Positions 26,361 through 39,404 of a stretch of DNA of 64,000 bases are shown one piece after another. The notes beneath the pieces are model-generated. The model was given only the letters and a program-made list of their open reading frames with translations, was not told where the DNA came from and did not search any database. This DNA comes from Octopus vulgaris (Eukaryota), in assembly GCA_951406725.2 (NCBI GenBank), contig OX597816.1:179242001-179306000 (forward strand), given 5' to 3'. The translations under genes and the position numbers were made by a program. Each line of letters begins with the position of its first letter. The stretch's first letter is position 1.

Positions 26361-26517
26361 GGCGCAGGAGTGGCTGTGTGGTAAGTAGCTTGTTTACCAA
26401 CCACATGGTTCCGGGTTCAGTCCCACTGCGTGGCATCTTAGGAAAGTGTCTTCTACTATAGCCTCGGGCCAACCAAAGCCTTGTGAGTGGATTTGGTAGA
26501 CGGAAACTGAAAGAAGC

Positions 26518-26578
<61 letters not shown>

Positions 26579-26784
26579 ATGTTTGTGTGTCTGTGTTTGT
26601 CCCCCTAGCATTGCTTGACAACCGATGCTAGTGTGTTTATGTCCCCGTCACTTAGTGGTTCGGCAAAAGAGACCGATAGAATAAGTACTGGGCTTACAAA
26701 GAATAAGTGCCAGGGTCGAGTTGCTTGATTAAAGGCGGTGCTCCAGCATGGCCACAGTCAAATGACTGAAACAAGTAAAAGAGT
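26361..26784 (+). mobile_element. tRNA-derived SINE family A, near full-length. Other copies ~3585-3725, 12900-13315, 20161-20525, 20530-20740, 28105-28210, 32246-32618, 33545-33980, 34270-34660, 39720-39860, 41670-44512 (interrupted), 45155-45520, 52671-52790
   Basis: Head ggcgcaggagtggctgtgtggtaag (A box)...ggttcagtccc (B box), CORE-like ttRggNaagtgtctt segment, internal (TA)n, tail gactgaaacaagtaaaaga. Confidence 0.9.
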
Positions 26785-26812
26785 ATATAGAATATATATA
26801 ATATATATATTC

Positions 26813-27011
26813 AGGACGCCATGATAGATCGTTAGCTCCTACACACATTTTTTTCTCTCCTTGTTTTTTTTCTGTGTATCTTTCTGTCGAAGAGCGTAGG
26901 CTCGAAACGTAAAAGACTTGTTCTATTTTTATTTCTGAGCGCCATACTAATACATTTGTTTGTTTGTACTCCACCTGCCTTCGTCTTTTGTTTATTTTCG
27001 TAAACCTTCCC

Positions 27012-27013
<2 letters not shown>
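26813..27013 (+). mobile_element. Short (TA)n-associated repeat with hammerhead-like motif; related copy on - strand ~61121-61312
   Basis: Two diverged copies share tttctgtNgaagagc-N4-gctcgaaacNtaaaagac and ctaatacatYtgtttgtt; both abut (TA)n. Confidence 0.55.
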
Positions 27014-27065
<52 letters not shown>

Positions 27066-29004
27066 TAAAAAATTATACTTAATGAGATTTCCTATGTGGC
27101 CAGATCTTAGGGAAACCCTGTGTATGAGTAGTGAACCACAAGTAACAAAATGTATTCTAATCAAAATAGGTGAAACAGAGATTAAAAAATAAGGTACCTT
27201 TTGACAAGTCACCTGATCAGACACATCTGCACGTATGATACACCCCAAGTGTTTGTACAGTATCTCACCTGCTAGGCACCTGTGCATGATGGGTTGAAGC
27301 ACTCATGGTGAATAAGGATGACTTTCATCAATTCCATTTGCTTTCTCTCATATTTTATAAACTCTTATGGATACAAAGGAATTCCTGGAGTAAATCCAGT
27401 GGCATATACTTCCATACTGTTGAAGACATCAGGTAGCCAAATACAGAGAATGGGCTTTAGATGGCATACTACAAGGTTCGTACTCATATTGAATATTATT
27501 ACTTGAAAGTATTTCTGTATATGTGATTATGTTTGACTTGTGTCTTTGTCTATACATGGAAGGATCTTTTAGTAATATATTTTAGTTGATATTAAGTAAA
27601 CTATATTGATCTTACACCATGTGTAAAATTATCGAGGCAGTTGAGACGATGCGGGGAGTTCATAGTTTATATCATTATGATAGCTGGGGACAGGTACCGC
27701 AGTTAGGTGAAGATCAGCCATACAGGCAGTGGATGTACATTGTTGTTGTCATTTTTACATCCATTTTTTATTTGCTGCAATTGGTTACATAAGACTGATT
27801 GAGGCAGCATTCTGTAACTGGACGCCCTTCTTCTTTTCAACCCTTACTTGAATTCCAGATAAGGTATTCTTACTCTGACAGTCTTTCCACATCAAATCTA
27901 CAGGATATATTGTTTGGAAAAGATGTAAATGCACTATTGCTTAAATGGTATCATGGGAAGACACACAGAAGTAAACTTTTGCATGTACACACACACATGT
28001 GCACACACACGCACGTGCACACACACATACACGCATGTGCACACACACATACTCGCATGCACGCACACACACACATACACGTATGCACGCACACATGACA
28101 GTAACCAGCCCAAGGCTGTAGTAGAAGACACATGCCCAAGATGCCATGCAGTGGAATGGAGCCTAAAGCCAAATGGTTATGAAATGAACTTTTTACCATA
28201 CAACCATGCAAGTGCCTTGCAGCAGAATTGGTGAATTCTGTTATCAGTACAGCTGAGGCAAACTGCTGGTTACTAAGGGAAGCTATTGGCAGTTTGAGGT
28301 TAGCTGTTATGAAACTGAGTAAGCAGCAATCTCTAAACCAGTATAAGATATAGGAGAGATGTACTGGGCTAAATATGTGCCAAGTTCTATGAAATAGGTC
28401 TTCATCAATAGAATTTACCATTTGGTTTCCATTCCCATTACTTTTTATAGACATCATTAATCTTTTTTGCAAAAAGCATGAACATAGCATAATCTCAATT
28501 TTACTGATATTTCTTAAAGTCTCTAACCTTATGCTAACCTGAATAATCAAAACATCAGAAACAACCTCGATTTTCCCATGAAACCAGTGGTTCTCAACAG
28601 GGGTTCATAAAATATTTTTTTATTGCATCTATACTTTATATCTATATAGTATAGATAGTAAAAGAGGGTGAGGAATGGGGAGAAAGTGAGAGAGAGTGTG
28701 TGTGTGTGTGTCTGTGTATCTGAAAGGAGTGTCAATGGAAAAGAGGAGGAAGAGAGAAAGAAGAAAAAATTTGTTTACATCTTTACAGCTGGTCAGTTCT
28801 TTCAATAGAAAGTGATGAGTTGATTCTTGGCCTTTAAAAATGGTAAAACCATTGTATGTATATATATATATATATGCGTATGTATACAGGTGCCTGTGAT
28901 TGTGCAGTACATATATATATATATATATATTGTTATTGAATAACCTTTTACCTATAATTCATTCATGATTACTTCCTACTAATGATATATTTCTCATGTT
29001 ACAG

Positions 29005-29097
29005 ACTGTTGTTGTTCTCAGCCAGTTGTTTACCAAATACCCAAATCTTTACAAAGAAGCTATTGTATGTTCTTTCTACCCTAATATTATCTACAGG
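29005..29097 (+). CDS. GDE1: GDE1 coding exon 4
   Basis: ttacag acceptor; TVVVLSQLFTKYPNLYKEAIVCSFYPNIIYR; gtaagt donor; 93 nt. Confidence 0.92.
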
Positions 29098-30344
29098 GTA
29101 AGTGCAATACCTTTTTACTCTATGGCTTCCTTTTCCTTCTGTTTCATCTTCCCATAGTTGTTCTTTTCCCTCCTTCCATTGTCTCAGCTGGGAACCTAAG
29201 CATTAAAATCTCATCCCTTCTAATTATTCATCATAACATATGGAATATGTGATAGTTATGTTTGTGTTATACTATTGATTGCAAATAATTTTGGCACAAA
29301 GCCAACAATTTTGGGGGAGTGGGTAAGTCAGTTACATTGACCCCCAGTACTCATCTGCTACTTATTTTATTGACCCTGAAAGGATGACAGGCAAATTCAG
29401 ACTTGGTGGAATTTGAACTAAGAACGTGAAGGTAGGCGAAATGCTGCTAAACATTTTGCCCATCATGCTAGCAATTCTGCCAGCTCACTGCCTTTCTGCT
29501 ACAATATTACATGTTGATTAATCTCAGATCAACCTTATTCTAGTAAACCTATGAACAAAGGATTTCCAGCTCTTATCGTCTCATCCTTGTTTTACCTGAC
29601 TTATCCAAGGCTATATTTTTCAATGTGCACTATCTTTTGCAAGACAACTGGATGTGATATAAAATGAGGGAAATTTGGCTACTATTTATAGCAGATTGAG
29701 CTACTACTTAGAGGTTTCCCTGTTGTTTCAGATCGTGCATGTATTGTCTCTACTGTTTTTCTCAACATCTTTTACTCATAACTGCAACTATTGGCAGATG
29801 TAGAAATATGTTTTGTCTGTCCTCATTTCCCATTCAGTATCTGGCAAGTTGGGCCAATAAGAGAACCTTTAAATGGTTGCTTGGCCTAGTGGTGAAATGT
29901 CTCTCAAAATCAAACCTTACCATATTAAAGCAGGAAGGAGATGTTGATCAGTGCAGTTCTGTATATGCAAAATATGGGATAGTCAAGGCTGGAATGTTTC
30001 TGATCATCAGTCTTCTCAATCAGATCTGACCTGGGGTTAATAACTAACTCTGCTTGCTTCAGTCTTCCTAGATAGAACTAGTTTCATGGCTGCATATTTA
30101 ATCCTATGGAAGGCATTGAAATGTCAAACATAGTTGTTTCAGCAATGTTTACCCTTTTAGCATTTAAACTGGCCCCAGATGTGGCCCAAACATTCCATCT
30201 GTTTTATGTTCAAACTGGCCAGCCCTGGCATTGCACATATATTCTGTAATGTTATTCTAAAATATATATAATCTCATCATCAAAATCTCAAAGTCATGAG
30301 ATAATGCAGGATTAATTCAAAACAATGTGAATATGCCAACTTAA

Positions 30345-31128
30345 AGACTGCCACGGTGCTGAAATATGCAGATGACATCAAGCTGTACCTTTAGATAAAA
30401 AGGACAGATCCTGAACACTATAAATCTTTCCTGCAATCAGACCTACCTGGACACAATGTAATAATGGATCATGGACTGGCAACTCAAACTGGCTGTGGAC
30501 AAGTGTACCACCATGCATTTGGGAGGAAAAACTCAGCATCCACATACTCTCTCCACAACACTAATATCAGAAAGTCTTGTGAATGTGACTTGGGTATTAC
30601 TGTCAGCTGCAATTTGCGCTGAACTAAGCACATCTTTAAAATCATCAAGAAGGCTGAGGGTGTCGTGGATTCACTCAGCAAGACCTTTGTTAGCCGCTCT
30701 CCAGCTGTCTATTTAAGGCTGTATATGGCTATGGTTTGGCCACACTTGAAATTTGTATCACCAGTCTGGAACCTCTATCTTACTCAGGACATTGACCTCC
30801 TAGAAACTGATCAGAGACATGCAGCCAAGTGAATACCCTCCATCAGGCATCTATCATACTCTGAATGCCTTCCATGGGCATAGATACAGTGAAGCTCCCA
30901 GCGTCTGGCAACTGGCTTCGTAAACACCCACAAAATTATTAACCATCATGCCAATGACCACCTTGCGCACCTTTTGCAACTCCATGTGTCTAACGTACAT
31001 GAGGGGCATGCCCTACAAAGTCAGAAAACAGCACAGCTCCCATGACTTATGGAAACATTTTTTCATGCTCACAGTTGCTGAAGCATGGAACAAACTACCT
31101 GCATCAGTTGTTAGCTGCCAAGATGCTG
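30345..31128 (+). mobile_element. Degenerate CR1/L2-group LINE reverse transcriptase fragment
   Basis: LKYADDIKLY (YADD), WQLKLAVDKCTTMHLG, PHLKFVSPVWNLYLTQDIDLLE, AWNKLPASVV; frameshifts and stops. Confidence 0.85.
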
Positions 31129-33235
31129 CATTGTAGGATAGGTGTGAGAGGCTGAATCTGGCCAGTTTGAACATAAAACAAGTAGAATATTTTAGCTGGA
31201 CAGGGTCAGTTTAAATACTCAAGGGTTAATATGTACTTACATAAGGGCGATGAGCAGGCAGAATCATTAGCAAGCCGGGCAAAGTGCTTAGCAGCATTTC
31301 ATCCATCTTTCTGTTCTGAGTTCAAATTCTGCTGAGGTTGACTTTACCGTTTGTCCTTTCTGGGTTGATAAAATAAGTACCAGTTGAGCACTGGGATTGA
31401 TGTAATCGACTTATCATTTCCCCTGGAATTGCTGGCCTTGTGCCAGAATTTGAAACCAATACCTACTTACATAAACATTGTGTTAATAATGGAAATGGGA
31501 CAGGGGTATCTGGGAATATTTTTGTACATGTGATATGATATTATTTGCATGTGATCTAAGGGCAGATGTAAGAAAAAAAAATCAGAAGTGGGCCATTGCC
31601 AAAAGAAGTTTCCAATCCCTGAGCTAAGTGGACTGCTTGGTGGACTGTGGCGTGTAACTGAACCAGATTGGCATGGTGCCTGTGTCTCGTGACTTGGTGA
31701 ACTGATTGGTGGAACTACAGGATGTCCCAAAAGTCTGGACACATAGGCAAAATGTATATTTTCAAGAAGTACATGTAAAATTTTCAACACCGTTTTATTT
31801 GATTGGAATATTCACAAATAACATCTTCAATATGATTTCCACCATTTGTGATGCAAAGGTTGATGCACTTTGCAAGAGTCATGTGAACTCGGTGCAATAA
31901 TTCCACATTGCCATCAGTTTTAGCACAAAGCCATATTTAGTCTGTGGAGGTAAAAAAAATGTTGTAGGTAAAAAAATATATCGGTAAAACATGTTGTATA
32001 AGATCTGTTTATATGTGAAAGCTTGTGGACCAGTGGTTCGGCTGTTGCACTCACGATTGCAGGATTTTGAGTTTGACTGCCGGTTTGGGTGGTGCATTTT
32101 GTTCTTGAGCAAAACACTTCATTTCATGTTGCTTCAGTCTCCCCTTCTGATCAGGGGCCATTGTTGGCCTGCTCAACAAAACCAGCAGGAGGCTGTCATT
32201 TGAAGGTAACAACAGGGCTTACTTGACTAATTTCTATGTTATCTTTTATCTTTTACTTGTTTCAGCTATTAGACTGTGGCCATGCTGGGGCACCACCTTG
32301 AAGAATTTTGGTTGAGTGAATTGACCCCAGTACTTAACTTTTTTAAAGCCTGGTGCATATTCTATCGGTCTCTTTTGCTGAGCTGTTTGTTTTGGGGATG
32401 TAAACACACCAACACCAGCTGTCAAGCAGTGGTGGTGGACAAACACAGATATAAAGACACACACACACACACACACGACAAGCTTCTTTTGGTTATCATC
32501 TATCAAATCCACTAACAAGGGCTTGGTTGATCTGAGGCTATAGAAGACACTTGCCCAAGGTGCCACCCAGTGGGACTGAATCATGTCATTGTGAAGAAAA
32601 CTTCTTACTGCACAGCCAGTTTATAAAGCAGAAAACCAATGTCTTGAGCAGCTCTTTTATACCAACTACTTTACATAAATAAAAATGCAGTCTTCACTTA
32701 AAAAAGGTGAAAAGGATACGGAGCGATTAGAAAAAAATAGCTGTAAAATAAAACGAAAATCATGGGCATCCTATAATTTTCTGACATCCTATTTTACATT
32801 TCCGAGTAGACACTGCAGGAAAGCCAGTAGTTTTATTGATATTTTATTGAACAACTGGAGGCAGCATTTGTTTCAACAACAGGGAAGATAAAACTCTCTC
32901 CCTCTCTTTTGCTCACAGAAAACAAGAGGCAGACTGATTGAACAACAAGCAAAAGCCTATCAGTTCCTGTCCAGGGAAGAGAAGCAATCGAGCAAATTAA
33001 TTGCTTTCAGTAAATTATCACCGTTATCGATACACATACAAATACTTGCATATAGACATACATACACATCTCACACATACATATACATACATCTCATCAC
33101 TATGAGTGTAATTTTAACTGAATTAGAACGTTTTTGGTTTGCTGCAATTCGTATATTATCACTGATAGCTTTTCATGCAAAACGTTCCCCGGGTATTTCT
33201 CCCCCCCTCCCTGTTCAGTGTTCATTCACCGAAGC

Positions 33236-33462
33236 TTAACCCTTTAACATTTAAACCAACCATATCCTACAAAAGTATTCTACCTGTTTCCTGTTCAAAC
33301 TGACCAGATCCAGCCTCTCACACCTACCCTACAATGTCATTCTAAAAATAAACATTCACATCATTGAAGTCTTGATGCTATGAGATAATGCATGGCTAAT
33401 TCAAAGCAATGTGAATAAATAAGCATCACATTTGACCGAGAAATCTGAATGCTGAAGGGTGA
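33236..33462. mobile_element. piggyBac-like MITE (TTAA-CCC...GGG-TTAA type ends). Other copies ~18590-18805, 49273-49480, 30150-30332, 31129-31228
   Basis: ttaaccctttaacattt...aatgctgaagggt here and ttaatcctttagcatt...aaatgctaaagggttaa at 49273-49480, with shared internal sequence. Confidence 0.6.
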
Positions 33463-33749
33463 AGACATAAGGATTGAAAAGGGAAGGACAAGTTTAATAA
33501 AATGAAGAATCTTCTTTTAAAAACATTTTCAACTTCTTTGTTTTTACTTGTTTCACTCATTAGACTGCGGCATCACCTTGAGGAATTTTAGTTGCACTAA
33601 TTGACTACAGCACTTATTTTCTTTTTAACCCTGGTACTTATTCTGTTGGTTTCTTTTGTTGAACTGCTAAGTTGTGAAGATTTAAACATACCAGCACTGG
33701 TTATAAAATGATGGTGGTGAACAAATACTGACCGAAAGACGTGAGCACA

Positions 33750-33817
<68 letters not shown>

Positions 33818-35616
33818 TTCACACACATGGTGAGCTTCTTTCAGTTTCCATCTACCAAATCCACTCAAGGCTTTAGTCAGCCTGAGACTATAGTAGAAGA
33901 CACTTGCCCAAGATGCCATGCAGTGGGACTGAACCCAGAACCATGTGGTTGGGAAGCAAGCTTCTTACCACACAGTCCCACCTGCGTCTTGTTCAATCCC
34001 ATGACAGAAAAGAAGAAATTACATGGAAACAAACTCTACTTTTATAAATATGAATGACATGGAAATTTCACAAATATTTAATGGGTAGGGATCTGGTATT
34101 TTTCAGTTTGGGAACCACTGATCCATGCTCTGATAATTACTGGGAAGACTGTACTTTACTGAGGAGGTTTCATAAGCTTGAAACATGTCTGGAGTTGTCA
34201 CTGTACATACCACAGATCGGACACACCTCTCACTCTGCTGGCATTCAATGTGTGAATAAGAAATATAAAACTAAATAAAGTGGATTCAATTCCACTGCAT
34301 GACACCTTGGGCTAGCAAAAGCATTGTAAGTGGATTTGGTTGACAGAAACTGAAAGAAGCCTGATGTAGTGTGTGTGTCTATGTATATGTGTGTGTGTGT
34401 GTGTGTGCGCACACGCATGCATGTGCATGTGTGTACGTGCGCATGTGTGTGTGTGAGTGAATATGTTTGTGTTTGACCCCCCAAACCACTTGACAACAGG
34501 TGCTGGTGTGTTTGCATCCCTGTAACTTAGTGGCTCAACAATAATGACCCATAAAATAAGCACCAGGCTTAAAGAAAAGTCCTGGGGTTGATTCATTCAA
34601 CTAAAAATTCTTTAAGGTGGAGCCTGGCTGCAGTCTAATGACTGAAACAAGTAAAGGATATATACCACCTTTGCATATAAATTATAAGCAATAAATTAAT
34701 ACTCTCATTTGTTTAGGTATGTATAAATGTGGAGCATTTAATTTTACTGAATTGTAGCAAAAGGTAGGATTGAAAAGTGGCAAAAGAAAGGAGTTGATAA
34801 TGAAAAAGAAACTGAGACGTGTTGAGTTTGGTTGTAAGGTAGAAATAAGATTGCTCTTACCTGCAGATGCAATTAGCAATAGTATATCCAAACTTTGAGC
34901 CACAGGAACTCAGCAATCATACCCTCACATGCACTCTGCCTGAGCTTCTGGCCAGAAGTGACTATTCCCCTAAAATGATTCTCCAAAACATGTCTGTTGC
35001 ACTCAATGCCCTTTTGGAGAGAAAAGCTGTTCAAAGACCCTGCTTTTTTTGTGTGACATCCCTTCCCCTCACTTCCAGTCCTTGTTGCTCCCTTCATTCT
35101 TCCACTTGCCCTCCCCTGATCTAAAGATCATTGCTCTTCTATTTCATTTCAAAATCGTCTACCTGGGTGGGTGACATTCCCTTTAGGGCTGGTTTCTCTC
35201 TCCTCTTCGTCATCAGAGGAGCTGACCACCCTGCAAACATCCAAGATGTGACATGACAAACTTAGATTCTCTCTTAATTAGTTTGTGACGGTGAAATGGC
35301 TGAGTTAATAAGATGTTAGACTACTTCCTCATACGTCCTGAGTTCAAATCCGTTACGTGTGCTTTTTTGTGTTTCTGGTGAAAATAACTTTATTCTGGAG
35401 TTAATCTAGTTGAAGAAAACCAGGCAAATGTTTCTTTTATTTAATCTACATCCTATCATGTGTAATGTTATAAAATTGGGAATAAAAAGGCCTATCCTTA
35501 ATCTTCTCCAGTAGATTAAGAGTCATTTACAAAATATGTGTTTTTAGGATTGTCATTAATAGCTTTAAATCCAGTTTTAGAAAGAAAGTTTCTAAGTTCA
35601 AACTCAATTATAAGAT

Positions 35617-36569
35617 ATGCATGCATGCGTGTATGCATGCATGTGCGTATGCATGCATGTGCGTATGCATGCATGTGCGTATGCATGCATGTGCGTATGC
35701 ATGCATGTGCGTATGCATGCATGCGTGTATGCATGCATGTGTGTATGCATGCATGCGTGTATGCATGCATGCGTGTATGCATGCATGTGTGTATGCATGC
35801 ATGTGTGTATGCATGCATGTGCGTATGCATGCATGTGTGTATGCATGCATGTGTGTATGCATGCATGCGTGTATGCATGCATGTGTGTATGCATGCATGC
35901 GTGTATGCATGCATGTGCGTATGCATGCATGTGTGTATGCATGCATGTGTGTATGCATGCATGTGTGTATGCATGCATGCGTGTATGCATGCATGTGTGT
36001 ATGCATGCATGCGTGTATGCATGCATGCGTGTATGCATGCATGCGTGTATGCATGCATGTGTGTATGCATGCATGCGTGTATGCATGCATGCGTGTATGC
36101 ATGCATGCGTGTATGCATGCATGCGTGTATGCATGTATGTGTGTATGCATGCATGTGTGTATGCATGCATGTGTGTATGCATGCATGTGTGTATGCATGC
36201 ATGTGCGTATGCATGCATGTGTGTATGCATGCATGTGTGTATGCATGCATGTGTGTATGCATGCATGTGTGTATGCATGCATGTGTGTATGCATGCATGT
36301 GTGTATGCATGCATGCGTGTATGCATGCATGTGTGTATGCATGCATGCGTGTATGCATGCATGCGTGTATGCATGCATGCGTGTATGCATGCATGTGTGT
36401 ATGCATGCATGTGTGTATGCATGCATGCGTGTATGCATGCATGCGTGTATGCATGCATGTGTGTATGCATGCATGTGCGTATGCATGCATGTGTGTATGC
36501 ATGCATGTGTGTATGCATGCATGTGCGTATGCATGCATGTGTGTATGCATGCATGTGTGTATGCATGCA
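35617..36569. repeat. 16-bp minisatellite (ATGCATGCATGYGYGT) x59
   Basis: First unit starts 35617, last full unit 36545-36560 (58 x 16 later), so the phase is unbroken. Confidence 0.97.
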
Positions 36570-36837
36570 CATGTGCACACACATGTGTGAATGGCATGCA
36601 TGAATATGACTGGAGGTCAGATTAAGAAGACAAATTAACCAAAGGTTTAGAATTTTAAATTTAATTTCTGAGTGTTAATCCTGTTAAAAATTATTTATCA
36701 TAAAATGTAGTTTTCATTTATTTTGATTTTTATCATTTCTTTAATATTTTCAGTTTCAGCAATTATTTATACATTTAATTTGAACTTTTAGTTATTTTTT
36801 AATAAATGTCTGCTTTTTGTATTTCTGTTCCTTTTAG

Positions 36838-37052
36838 GTGAGAAAAGCGGATCCAAATATTTTGACTGCTTTAACTCATAGACACCAAATTTATTCTAAA
36901 TGTGACATGGATGGTGAGGAGCGACAGAAAACATTCTGGCGGCAGATAATAGCACGACCCATAGACATTATTTTAGAGATTGGCCAGTATACATTTCTAT
37001 GGTATCTCTGCGGTAACTCAGCATTTCTCATGAATAGGGACACATATTCTGG
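36838..37052 (+). CDS. GDE1: GDE1 coding exon 5
   Basis: ttttag acceptor; VRKADPNILTALTHR...FLWYLCGNSAFLMNRDTYS; gtaggt donor at 37053; 215 nt, ends phase 2. Confidence 0.92.
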
Positions 37053-39018
37053 GTAGGTTATATTTTTCTTTTGTTTTTAATTGATTTCCTTTGAATGTAT
37101 TACTGTTATGAACTTTTAATTGAATGAAATTGTGATAACTGTAATTGGACTGTTTTTATTTATTATCAACAGCAGTTTGTCTCTCACTTTGAGAGTCCTA
37201 ACTCTGTCTACACTATATTCATAGAGAGTTATTCAAAACTGGCCATCCATCCATGGGAATTCGTAAGTGCTGATGACCTGGTTTACAAATCTAAGTCAGT
37301 TAAAGAACTGGAAAAAATTTCCAGACATGCCAATAAATTATATAATCAAGAAATCTAAAATTAAATCTAGCAAAGAGAAAAGCAACAAGGAATACAAACT
37401 GTACAATTGTCTGTACAACTGTACAAGTGGCCATGTTTGATATGCCAAAAAACTGTCGGTAGGATTTCCATATGGTCTTTGTGATGAACTGGGATTACAG
37501 GTAGAATGACAGTGAAAAAGGATTTTGTAAGTAACAGACACATGGGAGTAGTAAGTAGTGTGAATTTGAAAGTTTCTCTATCTCTAACTGGAAGCTCCAT
37601 AGACATAGCAAGGTTAGTGAAAACTTTGCAGTAGCCAGAGTAAGAAAGGGTTGTGGTAAAATTCTGCTGGTAACTCAAGGATTCTCAATCTGGTTATATA
37701 AGGAAATGCAATACTATATGTTAGCAAAATATGAACATAGATAGAATGGAGAGAATTTGTAAAGAATGGAAAGAAAAGAAGTCAATATGCTTTACTGGAT
37801 GAGCATGAATGATGGAACACGTAAATAAATGGGAAAAAAAAGTGGGACACAGTGTCAAAGATATGTTCTTCAAGACTTGAAGCTTTTGAGACTTTTGAAG
37901 GAAATCTTTTAAATAGGAAGTAGAGAAGTCAGTAATAACTGTTGTCATTAATATGTGTTTTGCCTACGATATTGACAAAATGAAAGAACTTTGAAAAGTC
38001 TAACTTTACATTTTGATACATCTGTTAGAAGGTAAGGAATGGAAATAAAGAGCGAAGAAAAGCAAAAATAATGGTAACTAGTAGACAGAAATAGTAAATC
38101 CAACTGAAATACAAGGGAAAGAATTCAAACAAGTTGATGGAAGGACCGTAATAGTGAGATGAAGGAAAGAAGTCAATCGCTAGATTGCAGCAATTTAGCA
38201 ATTATAATGAATTACCAAAATTTTATTGAGTGAAGATCACTGTGTTTAAAGTGCAAAAACGTGATGAATTATACTTTTTTCTTTTAATTAAGTACAAAGC
38301 TTTAGAGTTTTATAGGAAAGAAAATGCAAAGTTAGGAAATTCGAATATTTACGGAGATTATTTGCCAGGCAAAGCAGTTGTTATCATTAATTGACACTAT
38401 AGTGAAAAGGAGTTATCTCCCTTCAATCATTTTCATTTGCATACTTACCTTTACTTACCTTTACTTGCAATATGCGCACACAGCAGGCAAATTGTCATAT
38501 GGAAATGCATGAATATTACACAATCACTTTTCCCATTTGTGATATAATATTGTGGCATTTAGTCTTGGTAAGAAACCAGTCTTTTATTGATAGAATTGAG
38601 ACGACCTGATTTCTAAAACATAGCTGGGCTATCTTTCAATACACGGAAAATGAATCTCTTATGTATATTTGTGTATGTAAGTACTGTTTATACATGTGTA
38701 TACACACACAAATATGCATAATAATTGCATATATACATATGGGATAATATAGTTCTAGAAAGAATGATTAAATGGATGACATCTGCTGGTCATAAGCAGT
38801 GCAACTTTTATTCAGTGGCAGGTTTTATACAGACGAAGTTGGAGGACATTTTAAATGTTTATAATTTTTGTCAATTCTTGATGGTAGCAGAAAAGTGATG
38901 ACATTTACACTGTTAATTATTCACCATCGTTATTGTTGTCATTATCACTGTTGTCATTGTTGTCCTTCTCATGCTAAGCAGCAAAATAATTCTAATTTAT
39001 ATTGTTCATATATTCCAG

Positions 39019-39145
39019 GTTATACCATAATTTTTGGAAGAAGCGTGGTGTACGAGTGTTTGTCTGGACAATTAACGACCCTCATGAAAAGCAATATTTT
39101 CTGAAGACAAGACAGTGTAGTGTCATTACTGACAGTCTGCTATAA
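39019..39145 (+). CDS. GDE1: GDE1 coding exon 6 (terminal)
   Basis: ttccag acceptor; LYHNFWKKRGVRVFVWTINDPHEKQYFLKTRQCSVITDSLL-TAA (WTxN and ITD motifs); six exons total 1056 nt in one open frame. Confidence 0.92.
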
Positions 39146-39325
39146 CACAGTCTGCTCTTAGGCAATCATTCATTGATGACATGTTGATACTGTATTTGTT
39201 TTCTCTATACATTCACTGCTCATTCGAACATACCACTGAATGTAGTTTCAATTGTGTGCACATGGCCACAAGGACTTGTCATTCTATGCCAGTTTGACAT
39301 CATGACATTATTTTTAGGACATACA

Positions 39326-39404
39326 AATAAATCTAGAATGAATTCATTCTAGATTTTCTTTATTTTGATATACCATATTTTTGTGAGCAAAAGATAAAAA
39401 TAAA
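39326..39404 (+). terminator. Candidate GDE1 polyadenylation signals
   Basis: AATAAA at 39326-39331 and 39399-39404 downstream of the stop; common by chance in AT-rich DNA. Confidence 0.35.

Noticed and set aside
26361-26435. tRNA gene candidates
   Set aside because: A/B-box heads continue into SINE bodies; no complete cloverleaf supported.
35516-36625. Six overlapping 326-361 aa ORFs
   Set aside because: All frames are open only because the 16-bp minisatellite has no stop codon.
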